This document shows positions 27,927 through 37,460 of a DNA stretch of 64,000 nt, one piece after another. Position 1 is the stretch's first letter. Each line of letters begins with the position of its first letter. Source of the stretch: Methanobacteriota archaeon (GTDB lineage Archaea > JAADCQ01 > Methanopyri > Methanopyrales > Methanopyraceae); NCBI GenBank assembly GCA_027064425.1, contig JAMOPO010000003.1, positions 64,001-128,000 on the forward strand, written 5' to 3'. The notes beneath the pieces are model-generated. The model ran no database searches and was not told where the DNA came from. It was given only the letters and a program-made list of their open reading frames with translations. Both the position numbers and the translations under genes were made by a program.

Positions 27927-28789
27927 CCGGCTTGACGGTGGAGCGCTCCCCGGCGGTGGCGGGCCAGTTCTATCCCGCCGACCCGGACCAGCTGAAGGAG
28001 ACCATCGAGGAGTGCTTCAAGCACGAGCTCGGGCCGGGCGACGTGCCCGAGGTCTCCTCCTCACCGTGCGAGGTGCCCGGCGCCGTCGTGCCGCACGCGG
28101 GTTACCAGTACTCCGGGCCCGTCGCCGCCCACGCGTACAAGGCGCTGGCGGAGGCGGGTACACCCGAGACGGTGGTCATCCTCGGGCCCAATCATACCGG
28201 GCTGGGCACCGCCGTGGCCACGATGACCTCCGGGCGCTGGAAGACCCCACTGGGCGCCGTGGAGATCGACTCGGAGTTCGCGCGGGAGCTGGTCGAGGAG
28301 TGCGGCGTGGTGGACGATGATCTGGAGGCCCACGTCCAGGAGCACTCCATCGAGGTCCAGCTGCCGTTCCTCGAGTACCTGTACGGGGACGAGTTCAGGT
28401 TCGTGCCCGTGTGCATGGCGATGCACGATCTGAAGACCGCCCGAGAGCTGGGCGAGGCGATCGCCAAGGTCGCCGAGGATCTGGACCGAAACGTGGTCAT
28501 CCTGGCGAGCACGGACCTTACGCACTACGAGCCCCATGACGTGGCCCAGGAGAAGGACGAGAAGGTAATCGAGAAGATCGTGGAGCTCGACGAGCAGGCG
28601 ATGGTTGAGGTGGTGGAGCGCCACAACGTCAGCATGTGCGGAGTGGGTCCGACGGCCGCCACGATCGTCGCGGTTAAGGAGCTCGGGGCCGAGCGGGGCG
28701 AGCTGCTGAAGTACGCCACGAGCGGCGACGTGACCGGGGACAGGTCCCAGGTGGTAGGCTACGCGGCCGTCGTCTTCCTGCCCGGGTGA
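27923..28789 (+). CDS. amrB: MEMO1 family protein
   Basis: PAVAGQFYP, PHAGY.YSG, GPNH, EHSIEVQLPFL, STDLTHY, SMCG. Confidence 0.93.
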   Translation: MTGLTVERSPAVAGQFYPADPDQLKETIEECFKHELGPGDVPEVSSSPCEVPGAVVPHAGYQYSGPVAAHAYKALAEAGTPETVVILGPNHTGLGTAVATMTSGRWKTPLGAVEIDSEFARELVEECGVVDDDLEAHVQEHSIEVQLPFLEYLYGDEFRFVPVCMAMHDLKTARELGEAIAKVAEDLDRNVVILASTDLTHYEPHDVAQEKDEKVIEKIVELDEQAMVEVVERHNVSMCGVGPTAATIVAVKELGAERGELLKYATSGDVTGDRSQVVGYAAVVFLPG

Positions 28790-29196
28790 GTAGCATGCTC
28801 CCCGTGGAGTGCGCCGAGCTCACGCTCACGGCCGCGCTCCTGGGAGCGGTCCTGCCGTACGAGGTCCTGCGCACCCTGGGTCGTGCCCCCCGAGCGCTGC
28901 ACGCCCTGGTACTCTCCGTCTCCCTCACCTCCCTGCTCCTGAGCCTGTGCGAGCGGTACGTGACCTGCCTGATCATGGCGTGCTCGATCCCAAAAATAGG
29001 GGTGGCGGGGCACTCCCTCCTGAGGCTGGGCTGGGTGATCTCCTGGCACGTCGCCGTGGCCGGGCCCGCCGGCACCCTCCGCGCGTTCCTCACCGTAAAG
29101 TCCCTTACGATCGACCTCGTGGCGGGTTTCGCGCTGGCGGTCGGCGGTATCCTGAACACGATCCGATGGATCGCGGGACTAACCCCACCGCTGTAG
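28786..29196 (+). CDS. Small integral membrane protein
   Basis: Hydrophobic ORF with a GTGA overlap on the MEMO gene; fills the gap to mcm. Confidence 0.55.
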   Translation: MSSMLPVECAELTLTAALLGAVLPYEVLRTLGRAPRALHALVLSVSLTSLLLSLCERYVTCLIMACSIPKIGVAGHSLLRLGWVISWHVAVAGPAGTLRAFLTVKSLTIDLVAGFALAVGGILNTIRWIAGLTPPL

Positions 29197-29209
29197 GGGA
29201 GGCTCCGAG

Positions 29210-31183
29210 GTGGAGTATGAGGAGGAATTCAGGGCGTTCCTGCAGGAGTCCGACACGTTCCTGAACTCCGTCGAGCGCGTGATCGACGAGTACCCGCGCT
29301 GGAGGACCGTCGTCGTCGACCTGGGGGAGCTGGACGAGCCTGAGGTGGCCGTGGACGTGGCCAAGAACGTCCTGGACGCCGTCCGCATCGTCCAGGAAGA
29401 GGCGATGAAGATCATCGAGCAGGAGCGGCCCGAGGTCAGCGGCGTCTGGGTGGAGTTCCGCTCCTCGCCCATCGAGATCCGGGCCCGGGACCTCAGCGTC
29501 GAGTTCAAGGACCGCCTGGTCACGGTCGAAGGCATCGTCCGCCGCGTAGACAACGTCGCCGCCGAGGTATCCCGGGTCACGGCCGAGTGCCCGCGGTGCG
29601 GCGAGCGGTTCGAGGTACGCAAGCGGGACTACCGGCCGGACGTCAAGTGCCCCAACTGCGGCGCGACCACCGACCCCGAGGAGCTGTTTTACACCGACTA
29701 CCAGGTCGCCATCCTTCAGGAGCCACCCGAGAAGATCGAGGGCACGGAGCAGCCCGCGACCGTCGAGGTTGAGCTGAGGTACGACCATATCAACCGGGTC
29801 AAGCCGGGCGACCGCGTTAAGATCACCGGAGTGCCCAAGGTCAGGCTCGACCGGGGGCGGCCGAGGCCCGGCGACACCGGCGAGATCGTGCTCGAGGCTC
29901 ACGGCGTCGAGCGGTCGGAGTCCATGCACTTCCCGGAGGAGATCAACTTCGGCCGGGAGGAGATCGAGGAGTTCCGACAGTTCGCCGAGTCGTCCCCGCT
30001 CGACGAGCTGGTCGAGGCCGTCGCCCCACACATTCACGGTCACGAGACCATCAAGCGGGCCGTCGTCCTCCAGCTCTTCTCCTGCGTCGAGGAGTCCAAC
30101 ATGCGCGAGCGCGTGCACGTCCTGATCGTCGGCGACCCCGCCACGGCCAAGTCGCAGATCCTCCAGCACGTGACCGAGAAGGTGGCCCCCAAGGGCGTGT
30201 ACGTGAGCGCGCAGCACGTGACCGGACCCGGACTCACCGCCGCGGCCGAGCGCACGGAGGATGGTTGGGCGCTGGAAGCCGGAGCGGTCGTGATGGCCGA
30301 CGGCGGGGTCATCGCCATCGACGAGCTGGACAAGGCCTCAAAGAGCGACCTGAACGCGCTCCTGGAGGCGATGGAGTCGGGCAAGGTGAGCGTGGCGAAG
30401 GCGGGGATCACGGCCACGCTGAACGCGCGCTGCGCCGTCCTCGCCGCCGCCAACCCCGAGGCCGGCCGCTGGCAGGGCGACCACCCCATCGAAGAGATCA
30501 ACCTCGACCCCGCCCTCCTCTCCCGGTTCGACGTGATCCTGTTCACGCGAGACGAGCCCGATCCGGACAAGGACCGCAAGATCGCGGAGACGATGATGGA
30601 GGCCTTCGAGGGCGAGTTCGACGACCTGAGCCGCCGCTACGATTTCTACAAGCGTTACATCCTGTACGCGACGACCGAGTACCCGAACGTGAGGATCTCG
30701 AAGGAGGCCCGGGAGAAGCTGTCCAAGTGGTTCGTCTCCGTGCGGCAGAAGGCCGCGGACATGGCGGATGAGGGCGAGATCCGGACCGTCCCCGTCACCC
30801 GGAGGCAGATGGGCGCCACCATCCGGCTGGCCCGGGCCGCCGCCCGGTTGAGGCTGTCGGACACGGTGGAACCGGAGGACGTGGAGGTGGCTCTATCCGT
30901 CATGGAAAAGTTCATGGAGGAGGTCATGCAGGAGGAGGGCGTCCTGGACGCCGACGTCATCGAGACCGGCCGTCCCAAGTCCGTGCGCGAGGCGCGGGAG
31001 TACGTGCTCCGGGTCGTGCGGAAGCTGTCCAAGGAGTACGAGGACGGCGTCCCGAAGAAGGAGATCGTCAAGGCGGTCAAGAACAGGGTGGACCGCGATA
31101 AGATCGAAGAAATATTGAACGATCTCGTCGAGGAGGGCGACCTGATCCAGCCCCGACCGGGAGTCTACGCCCCGATCAAGTAG
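29210..31183 (+). CDS. mcm: MCM replicative helicase
   Basis: C4 Zn finger, GDPATAKSQ, IDELDK, AAANP, LLSRFD, VTRRQ, C-terminal wH. Confidence 0.95.
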   Translation: MEYEEEFRAFLQESDTFLNSVERVIDEYPRWRTVVVDLGELDEPEVAVDVAKNVLDAVRIVQEEAMKIIEQERPEVSGVWVEFRSSPIEIRARDLSVEFKDRLVTVEGIVRRVDNVAAEVSRVTAECPRCGERFEVRKRDYRPDVKCPNCGATTDPEELFYTDYQVAILQEPPEKIEGTEQPATVEVELRYDHINRVKPGDRVKITGVPKVRLDRGRPRPGDTGEIVLEAHGVERSESMHFPEEINFGREEIEEFRQFAESSPLDELVEAVAPHIHGHETIKRAVVLQLFSCVEESNMRERVHVLIVGDPATAKSQILQHVTEKVAPKGVYVSAQHVTGPGLTAAAERTEDGWALEAGAVVMADGGVIAIDELDKASKSDLNALLEAMESGKVSVAKAGITATLNARCAVLAAANPEAGRWQGDHPIEEINLDPALLSRFDVILFTRDEPDPDKDRKIAETMMEAFEGEFDDLSRRYDFYKRYILYATTEYPNVRISKEAREKLSKWFVSVRQKAADMADEGEIRTVPVTRRQMGATIRLARAAARLRLSDTVEPEDVEVALSVMEKFMEEVMQEEGVLDADVIETGRPKSVREAREYVLRVVRKLSKEYEDGVPKKEIVKAVKNRVDRDKIEEILNDLVEEGDLIQPRPGVYAPIK

Positions 31184-31197
31184 CGGAGTGAGCGACC

Positions 31198-32016
31198 TTG
31201 AGCGAGTCAGAGGAGCTCTCCCGCCGGTACCCCGCGGTCCGCGTGCCCGCGGGCGTTCTCGCCCGGTCGACCCCCACTGACGACGGCTTCATCACGCCGG
31301 ACGGCGTGCGGTTCCACCGAGCCCTGGTGGTGGGCGTGGTCACGTCCAAGTACGTGGACGAGGACCGCGAGTTCGCCGTCCTCACGATCACCGACGACAC
31401 GGGCTCCGTGGACGTGTTCGCGTTCGAGGAGTGGTTCGAGTACGCCAGCGAACTGGAGCGCTGGACCGAGGTGAAGGTCGTGGGTCGGCCCATGGAACCG
31501 CGGGAGGAGGGTCGCTCGGTCCCGCTCCGGGCGGAGGTGATCCGGCCGGCCTCCTATCACGAGGAGCTCCTCCGCAGGTTGGAGTACGAGCTGCTGGTAT
31601 CCGAGGTCTCAAGCGAGGAGGTCGAGGCCGTCGAGGAGGTGGAAGAGGAGGAGCGAGTTGAGGTATCAGAGGGACCGGAGGAGGCTGAAGCGGAGGAGGA
31701 GATCACCGCGGAGACCGAGGCCGAGGCGACGGTCACGGAGGAAGAGGAGGGAGGCGAGGAGGAGGCCATCGAGGCGCGAGAGGGGGAGGAAGACCTGGCC
31801 GAGGTCGTCCGGAAAGTGTACGAGCGGCTGCTGGAGCACGAGGAGGACATGTTCTCGAAGCAAGATTTATACGAGATCATAGAGGAGGTCGCGCCCGACG
31901 CGGACGAGGAGTTCTGCGAGCGGGTGATCAAAGAGCTGGAACGGCGCGACCTCATCTTCCCCATCAAGCTACCCAGCGGCAAGCACTGGTCCGTGGTGGT
32001 GGAATGGGGGGTCTAG
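31198..32016 (+). CDS. RPA2-like OB-fold protein with acidic linker and C-terminal wH
   Basis: RALVVGVV, LTITDDTG, VKVVGRP, Glu-rich linker. Confidence 0.7.
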   Translation: MSESEELSRRYPAVRVPAGVLARSTPTDDGFITPDGVRFHRALVVGVVTSKYVDEDREFAVLTITDDTGSVDVFAFEEWFEYASELERWTEVKVVGRPMEPREEGRSVPLRAEVIRPASYHEELLRRLEYELLVSEVSSEEVEAVEEVEEEERVEVSEGPEEAEAEEEITAETEAEATVTEEEEGGEEEAIEAREGEEDLAEVVRKVYERLLEHEEDMFSKQDLYEIIEEVAPDADEEFCERVIKELERRDLIFPIKLPSGKHWSVVVEWGV

Positions 32017-32439
32017 TTGTTGGTCCTGGACTACGACTACGAGGAGCTGCTGGAGCGCGCCTACGAGCAGCTGCCTGAGGAGGTGCTCGAGGACCGGCGG
32101 TTCGAGATCCCGAAGCCCAAGGTCTCGGTGGAGGGCAAGACCACGATCATCAAGAACTTCAAGGAGATCGCGGACAAGCTCAACCGCGACCCGGAGCACC
32201 TCTCCCGGTTCTTCCTAAAGGAGCTGGGTACGGCCGGGCACATCGACGGCGACCGACTGGTGCTGCATGGCACGTACCACCCGAAGCTGATCGAGGAGGA
32301 GCTGAAGGAGTACGTGGAAGAGTTCGTGCTGTGCCCGGAGTGCGGCAAGCCGGACACGAAGCTGGTTCGAGAGGACCGTCAGTGGATCCTGAAGTGCGAG
32401 GCGTGCGGGGCGTGGTCCTCGGTCAGGAGGCTGAAGTAA
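32017..32439 (+). CDS. eif2b: Translation initiation factor aIF-2 beta
   Basis: YEELLERAY..LP, RFEIP, LNRDP.H, CPECGKPDT...CEACGA. Confidence 0.96.
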   Translation: MLVLDYDYEELLERAYEQLPEEVLEDRRFEIPKPKVSVEGKTTIIKNFKEIADKLNRDPEHLSRFFLKELGTAGHIDGDRLVLHGTYHPKLIEEELKEYVEEFVLCPECGKPDTKLVREDRQWILKCEACGAWSSVRRLK

Positions 32440-32440
32440 C

Positions 32441-32788
32441 ATGCCCTCCAAGGTGTCCATGAACGTTCAGGGGACCGCCGACACCCTCGTCATCGCCCTC
32501 TGCGACGAGGAGCTCCTCGGCAGGCGGCTCTCGGACGGTGGCCGGGAGGTCAAGGTCTCGGAGAGCTTCTACGGCGGGGAGCTCCTGGAAACCTCCGAGG
32601 CCGTCCGCCGCGTTCGGGAGCTCACGAGCGAGTTTCAGGACGAGAAGACGGTAACCATCAACGCCCTCGGCGAGCGAGCCTGCACGGTGGTGCTCAAGGC
32701 CCGCCTCGCACGGAGGGAGCAGGTCGGCGAGCTCGCGGGCGTCCCCCACGTTCAAGTCTACATCCTGCCGCGGGAGCCGGTTCCTTGA
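32441..32788 (+). CDS. DUF424 family protein
   Basis: ALCDEELLG, VSESFYGG, INALG, GVPHVQ. Confidence 0.88.
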   Translation: MPSKVSMNVQGTADTLVIALCDEELLGRRLSDGGREVKVSESFYGGELLETSEAVRRVRELTSEFQDEKTVTINALGERACTVVLKARLARREQVGELAGVPHVQVYILPREPVP

Positions 32789-33840
32789 AGGGTCTCCTCT
32801 GCACCACGGCCCCGGGACTGGAGGACATCTGCTCCGAGGAGCTCCGCGAGCTGACCGGGTGCAAGGTGAGGGAGCGACCCCTGGGCGTCCGCGGCCGGGT
32901 GGTCGTCCGCTGCCCCGAGGAGGAGGCCCTCGACCTGGCCCGCAAGATCAACTCCGAATCGCTGACGGTCCACCGCGTCGCGATCCTGCTGGGCGGGTTC
33001 GAGATCGAGCACCGCGATGAGCGCGGGCTGGACGAGATCCGGAAGGCCTGTCTCGACTTCCCCTTCGAGCGCTACATCACCGAGCAGGATACGTTCGGCG
33101 TGCGCCCCTCACGCCTTGGGGAGCACGACTTCACGAGCGTGGACGTGGGGGCCGCGGTCGGGGACGCCGTGATCGAGCGCGTAAAGCGGGAGGCCGGGTT
33201 CCGCCCCGAGGTGAACTTGGACGCTCCCTCGGTCATCATCCGGGCGGACGTGGTCGGGGACCGGGTGCTCGTCGGCGTGTGCACCACCGGGGACCGGTCC
33301 CTCCACCAGCGCGGGTACCGGGTGTACGACCACCCGGCCGCGCTGAACCCGGTCATCGCCCAGGGGCTGCTCAAGCTGGCCGGGGACCCCGACTCGATCA
33401 TCGACCCCACGTGCGGTGGGGCGACCATCCCCATCGAGGCCCTGCTCAGCGACCCGGACCGTGAGGCCGTCGGCGTCGAGAAGTTCAAGTCCCACTACGA
33501 GGGCGCCCGGCTGAACGTCCTCGCGGCCGGGGTCGATGCGGAGATCTACCTGGGCGACGCGACCCGGCTGTTCGACGAGGTACCCGAGCTTAGGGACCGC
33601 GAGTTCGAGGCGGCCGTGTTCAACCCGCCGTACGGGCTTAAGATCGCGAACCCCCGGGTGGTCGAGCGGCTGTACTACGGACTCGCCCGGGTGTTGTCCG
33701 ACCTGGTCGACGTGGTCGCCACGGTCACCCCGCGCCGCGACTGGATGGTCGAGGCGATGGAGGAGCACGGGTTCCAGCTGGACCACGAGCGATGGGCGCG
33801 TCACGGCGGCCTCGACGTCCGCATCTTGGTGTTCTCCTAG
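32785..33840 (+). CDS. trm14: THUMP-domain tRNA m2G6 methyltransferase
   Basis: TTAPGLED, H.FTSVD, SLHQRGYR.YDHPA, DPTCGGATI, NPPYG. Confidence 0.85.
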   Translation: MKGLLCTTAPGLEDICSEELRELTGCKVRERPLGVRGRVVVRCPEEEALDLARKINSESLTVHRVAILLGGFEIEHRDERGLDEIRKACLDFPFERYITEQDTFGVRPSRLGEHDFTSVDVGAAVGDAVIERVKREAGFRPEVNLDAPSVIIRADVVGDRVLVGVCTTGDRSLHQRGYRVYDHPAALNPVIAQGLLKLAGDPDSIIDPTCGGATIPIEALLSDPDREAVGVEKFKSHYEGARLNVLAAGVDAEIYLGDATRLFDEVPELRDREFEAAVFNPPYGLKIANPRVVERLYYGLARVLSDLVDVVATVTPRRDWMVEAMEEHGFQLDHERWARHGGLDVRILVFS

Positions 33841-34547
33841 TCGCTGGACTCGCGGAGCAGCTTCCGGATCACGTCCAGGAGCTCCCCCAGCCGGGAGATC
33901 TCGAAGTCGGGCACGTCCTCCTCGTTCTCCGGCTCCATGTCGCTGTACTTGCCCTTGCGAACGCGCACCGTCACCATCCCGACGCGATTCGCGCCGCGGA
34001 TGTCGTGATCCAGCCGGTCCCCGACGAACACGCACTCGCTGGGTTCAACTCCCAGCCGCTCGGCCGCCTCGGTGAAGATCCTCGGGTTCGGCTTCTCCAC
34101 GCCTATCTCCTCCGAGATGACGACCGCGTGGAAGAAGTGGTGCAGGCCGAGCCTGATCAGCTTCTCCCACTGCTTGACGGCCAGGCCGCTGGTCACGACC
34201 CCCAGCTTGAGCCCCATCTCCCGGAGCTTCATGAGGGTGGGGATGACGTCCGGGTAGGGCTTCAGGTAGGCGAACTTGGTGTCGTGGTACGCCACGACCG
34301 CCGCGGCCACGAGCTTCGGGTCCGGGTCGACCCCGATCCGCTTCAGGAGCAGGTCGAAGTGTCGCGGGTGATTCGAGCCGAACTCCTCGACGATCTCCTC
34401 CAGCTCCTCGTAGAGCTCCTCCTCCGTCATGTCCACGTCCAGACCGGCCTCTATCATCGCCCGGATGGCGTTCTTCCGGGCCGCCTCCGCCAGCTTGGAG
34501 GACGGGTACAGGGTGTCGTCCAGGTCGAAGAGCACGGCCTTGATCAT
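33837..34547 (-). CDS. HAD-family hydrolase (TIGR02253-like)
   Basis: FDLDDTLY, KQWEKLIRLG, KPNP, VGDRLDHDI. Confidence 0.9.
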   Translation of the reverse strand: MIKAVLFDLDDTLYPSSKLAEAARKNAIRAMIEAGLDVDMTEEELYEELEEIVEEFGSNHPRHFDLLLKRIGVDPDPKLVAAAVVAYHDTKFAYLKPYPDVIPTLMKLREMGLKLGVVTSGLAVKQWEKLIRLGLHHFFHAVVISEEIGVEKPNPRIFTEAAERLGVEPSECVFVGDRLDHDIRGANRVGMVTVRVRKGKYSDMEPENEEDVPDFEISRLGELLDVIRKLLRESSD

Positions 34548-34560
34548 GGGGGCTCGCCCC

Positions 34561-35307
34561 ATGCTGCTGCGGGTTGAGCCGGTCGAGATCGCGGGAGAGA
34601 TCCGACCGGGGGACGACCTCGGTAAGATCCTGGCGGAGGCGGCGGAGCCCGAGGATGGAGACGTTATCGCCGTCGCCCACACGGTCGTGTCCAAGGCCGA
34701 GGGCGCCCTCGTGGATCTAAGCGAGGTCGAGCCCAGCGACCTTGCGCGCCGCCTGGCCGAGCGGCTGGGTAAGGATCCTCGAGTGATGGAGGTGATCCTA
34801 CGGGAGGCCGAGGGTATCGTGAAGGTGGGCCGCGACGTGATCATCACCGAGGTCCGGGGCGGGATCGTCTGCGCGAACTCCGGGGTGGACGAGTCGAACG
34901 CTCCCCCCGGGCACGTAGTGACGCTCCCGGAGGACCCTGACAGGAGCGCGGACCGCATCCGCGAGAGGATCCGAGAGCTCACCGGCGCCGACGTTGGCGT
35001 GGTGATCACAGACACGCAGGGTCGCGCCTTCCGGGAAGGAGTGGTCGGGGTGGCGGTGGGCGCCTCCGGGATCCCGGTGCTGGCCGACCGGCGCGGTGAT
35101 CGCGACCTTTACGGGCGCGAGCTTCAGGTCACGGTCGTGGCCGTCGGCGACCTGATAGCGTCCGCCGCGGAGCTGGTCATGGGCCAGGCGGACGAGGGGA
35201 CGCCGGCGGCCGTGTTCCGGGGGCTCAAAGACAAGCTAAAGAGATTCGAGGGCCCCGAGCGGGCCTCGGCACTGGTCAGGGACCCCGAACGAGACCTCTT
35301 CCGGTGA
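34561..35307 (+). CDS. cofE: Coenzyme F420-0:L-glutamate ligase
   Basis: VVSKAEG, ANSGVDESN, LPEDPD.SA, DTQGRAFR, DLYGREL. Confidence 0.95.
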   Translation: MLLRVEPVEIAGEIRPGDDLGKILAEAAEPEDGDVIAVAHTVVSKAEGALVDLSEVEPSDLARRLAERLGKDPRVMEVILREAEGIVKVGRDVIITEVRGGIVCANSGVDESNAPPGHVVTLPEDPDRSADRIRERIRELTGADVGVVITDTQGRAFREGVVGVAVGASGIPVLADRRGDRDLYGRELQVTVVAVGDLIASAAELVMGQADEGTPAAVFRGLKDKLKRFEGPERASALVRDPERDLFR

Positions 35308-35320
35308 GGGGGTCTCGGCC

Positions 35321-36538
35321 GTGGCTCGGTACACCCTGGAGTGCGTGGAGTGTGGCCGCTCGTTCTCGGACGACACCCTGCTGAAGTGCCCGGAGTGCGG
35401 CGGGCTGCTGGAGGTCTCGCTGGACTACGACGAGATCGAGGTGGACCGCGAAACGTTGGAACGGCGCGACCTGGGCGTCTGGACGTTCCGGGAGCTGCTG
35501 CCGGTCTCCACGGACGACCCCGTCACGATGGGCGAAGGCGGCACCGGGCTGCACCCGTGCCCGCGGTTGGCCGAGGAGCTGGGCGTTCGGTCGCTCTACG
35601 TGAAGAACGAGGGTGAGAACCCGACGGGCTCGTTCAAGGACCGGGGGATGACGGTCGGGGTCACGAAGGCGGTGGAGCTGGGCGCCGAGGTGGTCGCGTG
35701 CGCGTCCACGGGTAACACCTCGGCCTCGCTGGCGGCGTACGCGGCGCGGGCTGGAATCACGTGCGCGGTCCTTCTCCCGGCCGGGAAGGTGGCGCTAGGC
35801 AAGCTCGCGCAGGCCCTGTTCCACGGGGCCCGGGTCGTGCCCGTGGACGGCAACTTCGACGACGCGCTGGCGGTCGTGAGGAGGCTGGCCGAAGAGGGCC
35901 TGGTTTACCTGCTGAACTCGGTGAACCCGTTCCGACTGTGCGGCCAGCGCACGATCGCCTACGAGATCTGCCTGCAGATGGACTGGAGCGTCCCCGACGC
36001 CGTGGTCGTCCCGGTGGGCAACGCGGGCAACATCAGCGCTATCTGGCAGGGCTTCCTGGACCTGTACGAGCTCGGGCTGATCGACGATTTGCCGAGGATG
36101 TACGGGGTTCAGGCTGAGGGTGCCCGCCCCGTCGTGGACGCCATCCGGTCGGGGAAGGAGGATATAGATCCCGACCCGGAGCCCGAGACGGTCGCGACGG
36201 CGATCCGGATCGGGAACCCGGTCAACGCCGTGAAGGCCCTCCGGGCCATCCGGAGCTCGGGCGGCTGGGCGGTGTCGGTCACCGACGACGAGATCCTGGA
36301 GGCGCAGCGGGAGCTGGCCACGACGGAGGGGATCTTCGTGGAGCCCGCCAGCGCGGCCTCCATCGCGGGCCTGCGGAAGCTGGTGGACCGGGGCGAGATC
36401 GACGAGGGGGAGGAGGTGGTGTGCGTGACCACGGGGCACGGACTCAAGGACCCGGAGATCGTCATGGAGACCTGCGAGCTTCCGGAGCCGGTGGAGCCCG
36501 ACCCGGAGCGGATCAAGGAGCGGCTGGGCCTCGGCTGA
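35321..36538 (+). CDS. thrC: Threonine synthase
   Basis: NPTGSFKDRG, ASTGNT, PVGNAGN, EPASA, TGHGLKD. Confidence 0.96.
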   Translation: MARYTLECVECGRSFSDDTLLKCPECGGLLEVSLDYDEIEVDRETLERRDLGVWTFRELLPVSTDDPVTMGEGGTGLHPCPRLAEELGVRSLYVKNEGENPTGSFKDRGMTVGVTKAVELGAEVVACASTGNTSASLAAYAARAGITCAVLLPAGKVALGKLAQALFHGARVVPVDGNFDDALAVVRRLAEEGLVYLLNSVNPFRLCGQRTIAYEICLQMDWSVPDAVVVPVGNAGNISAIWQGFLDLYELGLIDDLPRMYGVQAEGARPVVDAIRSGKEDIDPDPEPETVATAIRIGNPVNAVKALRAIRSSGGWAVSVTDDEILEAQRELATTEGIFVEPASAASIAGLRKLVDRGEIDEGEEVVCVTTGHGLKDPEIVMETCELPEPVEPDPERIKERLGLG

Positions 36539-36552
36539 CCCTCTCGCGGTCC

Positions 36553-36577
36553 AATCGTTATGAGTCCCATAACGATT
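36553..36577. repeat. 10-5-10 palindrome, copy A (3' of SRP RNA)
   Basis: AATCGTTATG-agtcc-CATAACGATT, perfect inverted repeat. Confidence 0.8.
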
Positions 36578-36586
36578 CCGCAGATG

Positions 36587-36918
36587 AACGGCGGCGGGCG
36601 CGCCGAGGGGTGGACCCGGTCCCCTCGGGGCCGGCTTCCCCCGGCCGACCTGCCTCCGGCGACCCCCGAGCGGCCGCGGGTCCGGGGTGGGCTGCTCCCT
36701 CTCGGGCCTGACCCGGTGCCCCGGCAAAGGCGGTGGCACGCCGCCCTCCGGCGGCGGCCCCGCCACCCCGGGCCCCCGGGGGGCCGGAGGGTCATCGGTC
36801 GGTCCGGGGGGGCCGGGCCCCCGAGGGGACCGGGCCGCCCCCTCGGCTTCGGCCCCCGCATGAGGCGGATTTCGGGTGACAGCGGACCGCCAGCCCGCCG
36901 GCCTAGCCCGCCGCCGTT
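36587..36918 (-). ncRNA. ffs: Archaeal SRP (7S) RNA
   Basis: Alu-domain GGGCTAGGCC...CCCGAAATC...ATGCGGGGGCCGAA; helix 8 TCAGGCCC-GAGA-GGGAGCAG; ends pair (AACGGCGGCGGGC/GCCCGCCGCCGTT). Confidence 0.93.
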
Positions 36919-36937
36919 GATCCCGGTGAGTCATCAC

Positions 36938-36950
36938 AATTTAACGGTTT
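36938..36950 (-). promoter_or_regulatory. BRE/TATA promoter for SRP RNA
   Basis: AAACCG-TTAAATT about 25 nt upstream of the SRP 5' end. Confidence 0.6.
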
Positions 36951-36956
36951 GGGTCG

Positions 36957-37436
36957 TCACTCGCGCGCCACGTACACGTACGCCTCGCACTCCCCGAGCG
37001 GCGTTTCGACGCGCTCCCTCCTCCGCTCGTACAGGGCGGGGTAACCCTCGTACCGGTCTATCTCGCGGATTTCCTCGTCACTGAGTCCCACCAGCAGCAC
37101 CCCGGAGACGCGAGACCCCTCCTTCTCGCGGATGGTGTTGTACCGGTTCCCCACGTCCTCCAGCGCGAGCTCGTAACCCTTCAGCACCGCCGGGTACACC
37201 ATGTAAGGGACCCGGCCGATGACGGACGCCACGGTTTCCGGATCCGTCAGCGTGCCGTAGGCGAACACGCGCTCCGGGGGCAAATCTTTAGGCACTTCAT
37301 CCTCCGGGCCGACGACGATCGCTTCCCCGCTGCTCTGGATGACGAACCGTAAGATGGCGCGCTCGTCTTCTTCCTCGTCCTCCTTCGGGAGGATCATCAG
37401 CCTGCCGCCGCGGCCCACGTACACGTGAACCTTCAC
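36957..37436 (-). CDS. Gamma-glutamylcyclotransferase (AIG2-like)
   Basis: VFAYGTL, IDRYEGYP.LYER, AYVY. Confidence 0.85.
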   Translation of the reverse strand: MKVHVYVGRGGRLMILPKEDEEEDERAILRFVIQSSGEAIVVGPEDEVPKDLPPERVFAYGTLTDPETVASVIGRVPYMVYPAVLKGYELALEDVGNRYNTIREKEGSRVSGVLLVGLSDEEIREIDRYEGYPALYERRRERVETPLGECEAYVYVARE

Positions 37437-37460
37437 ACGGCATCCCGGGGACCCGGTGCC

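Noticed and set aside
35795-37084. Pro/Gly/Arg-rich ORFs over the GC-rich gap
   Set aside because: The region is explained by thrC and the SRP RNA.
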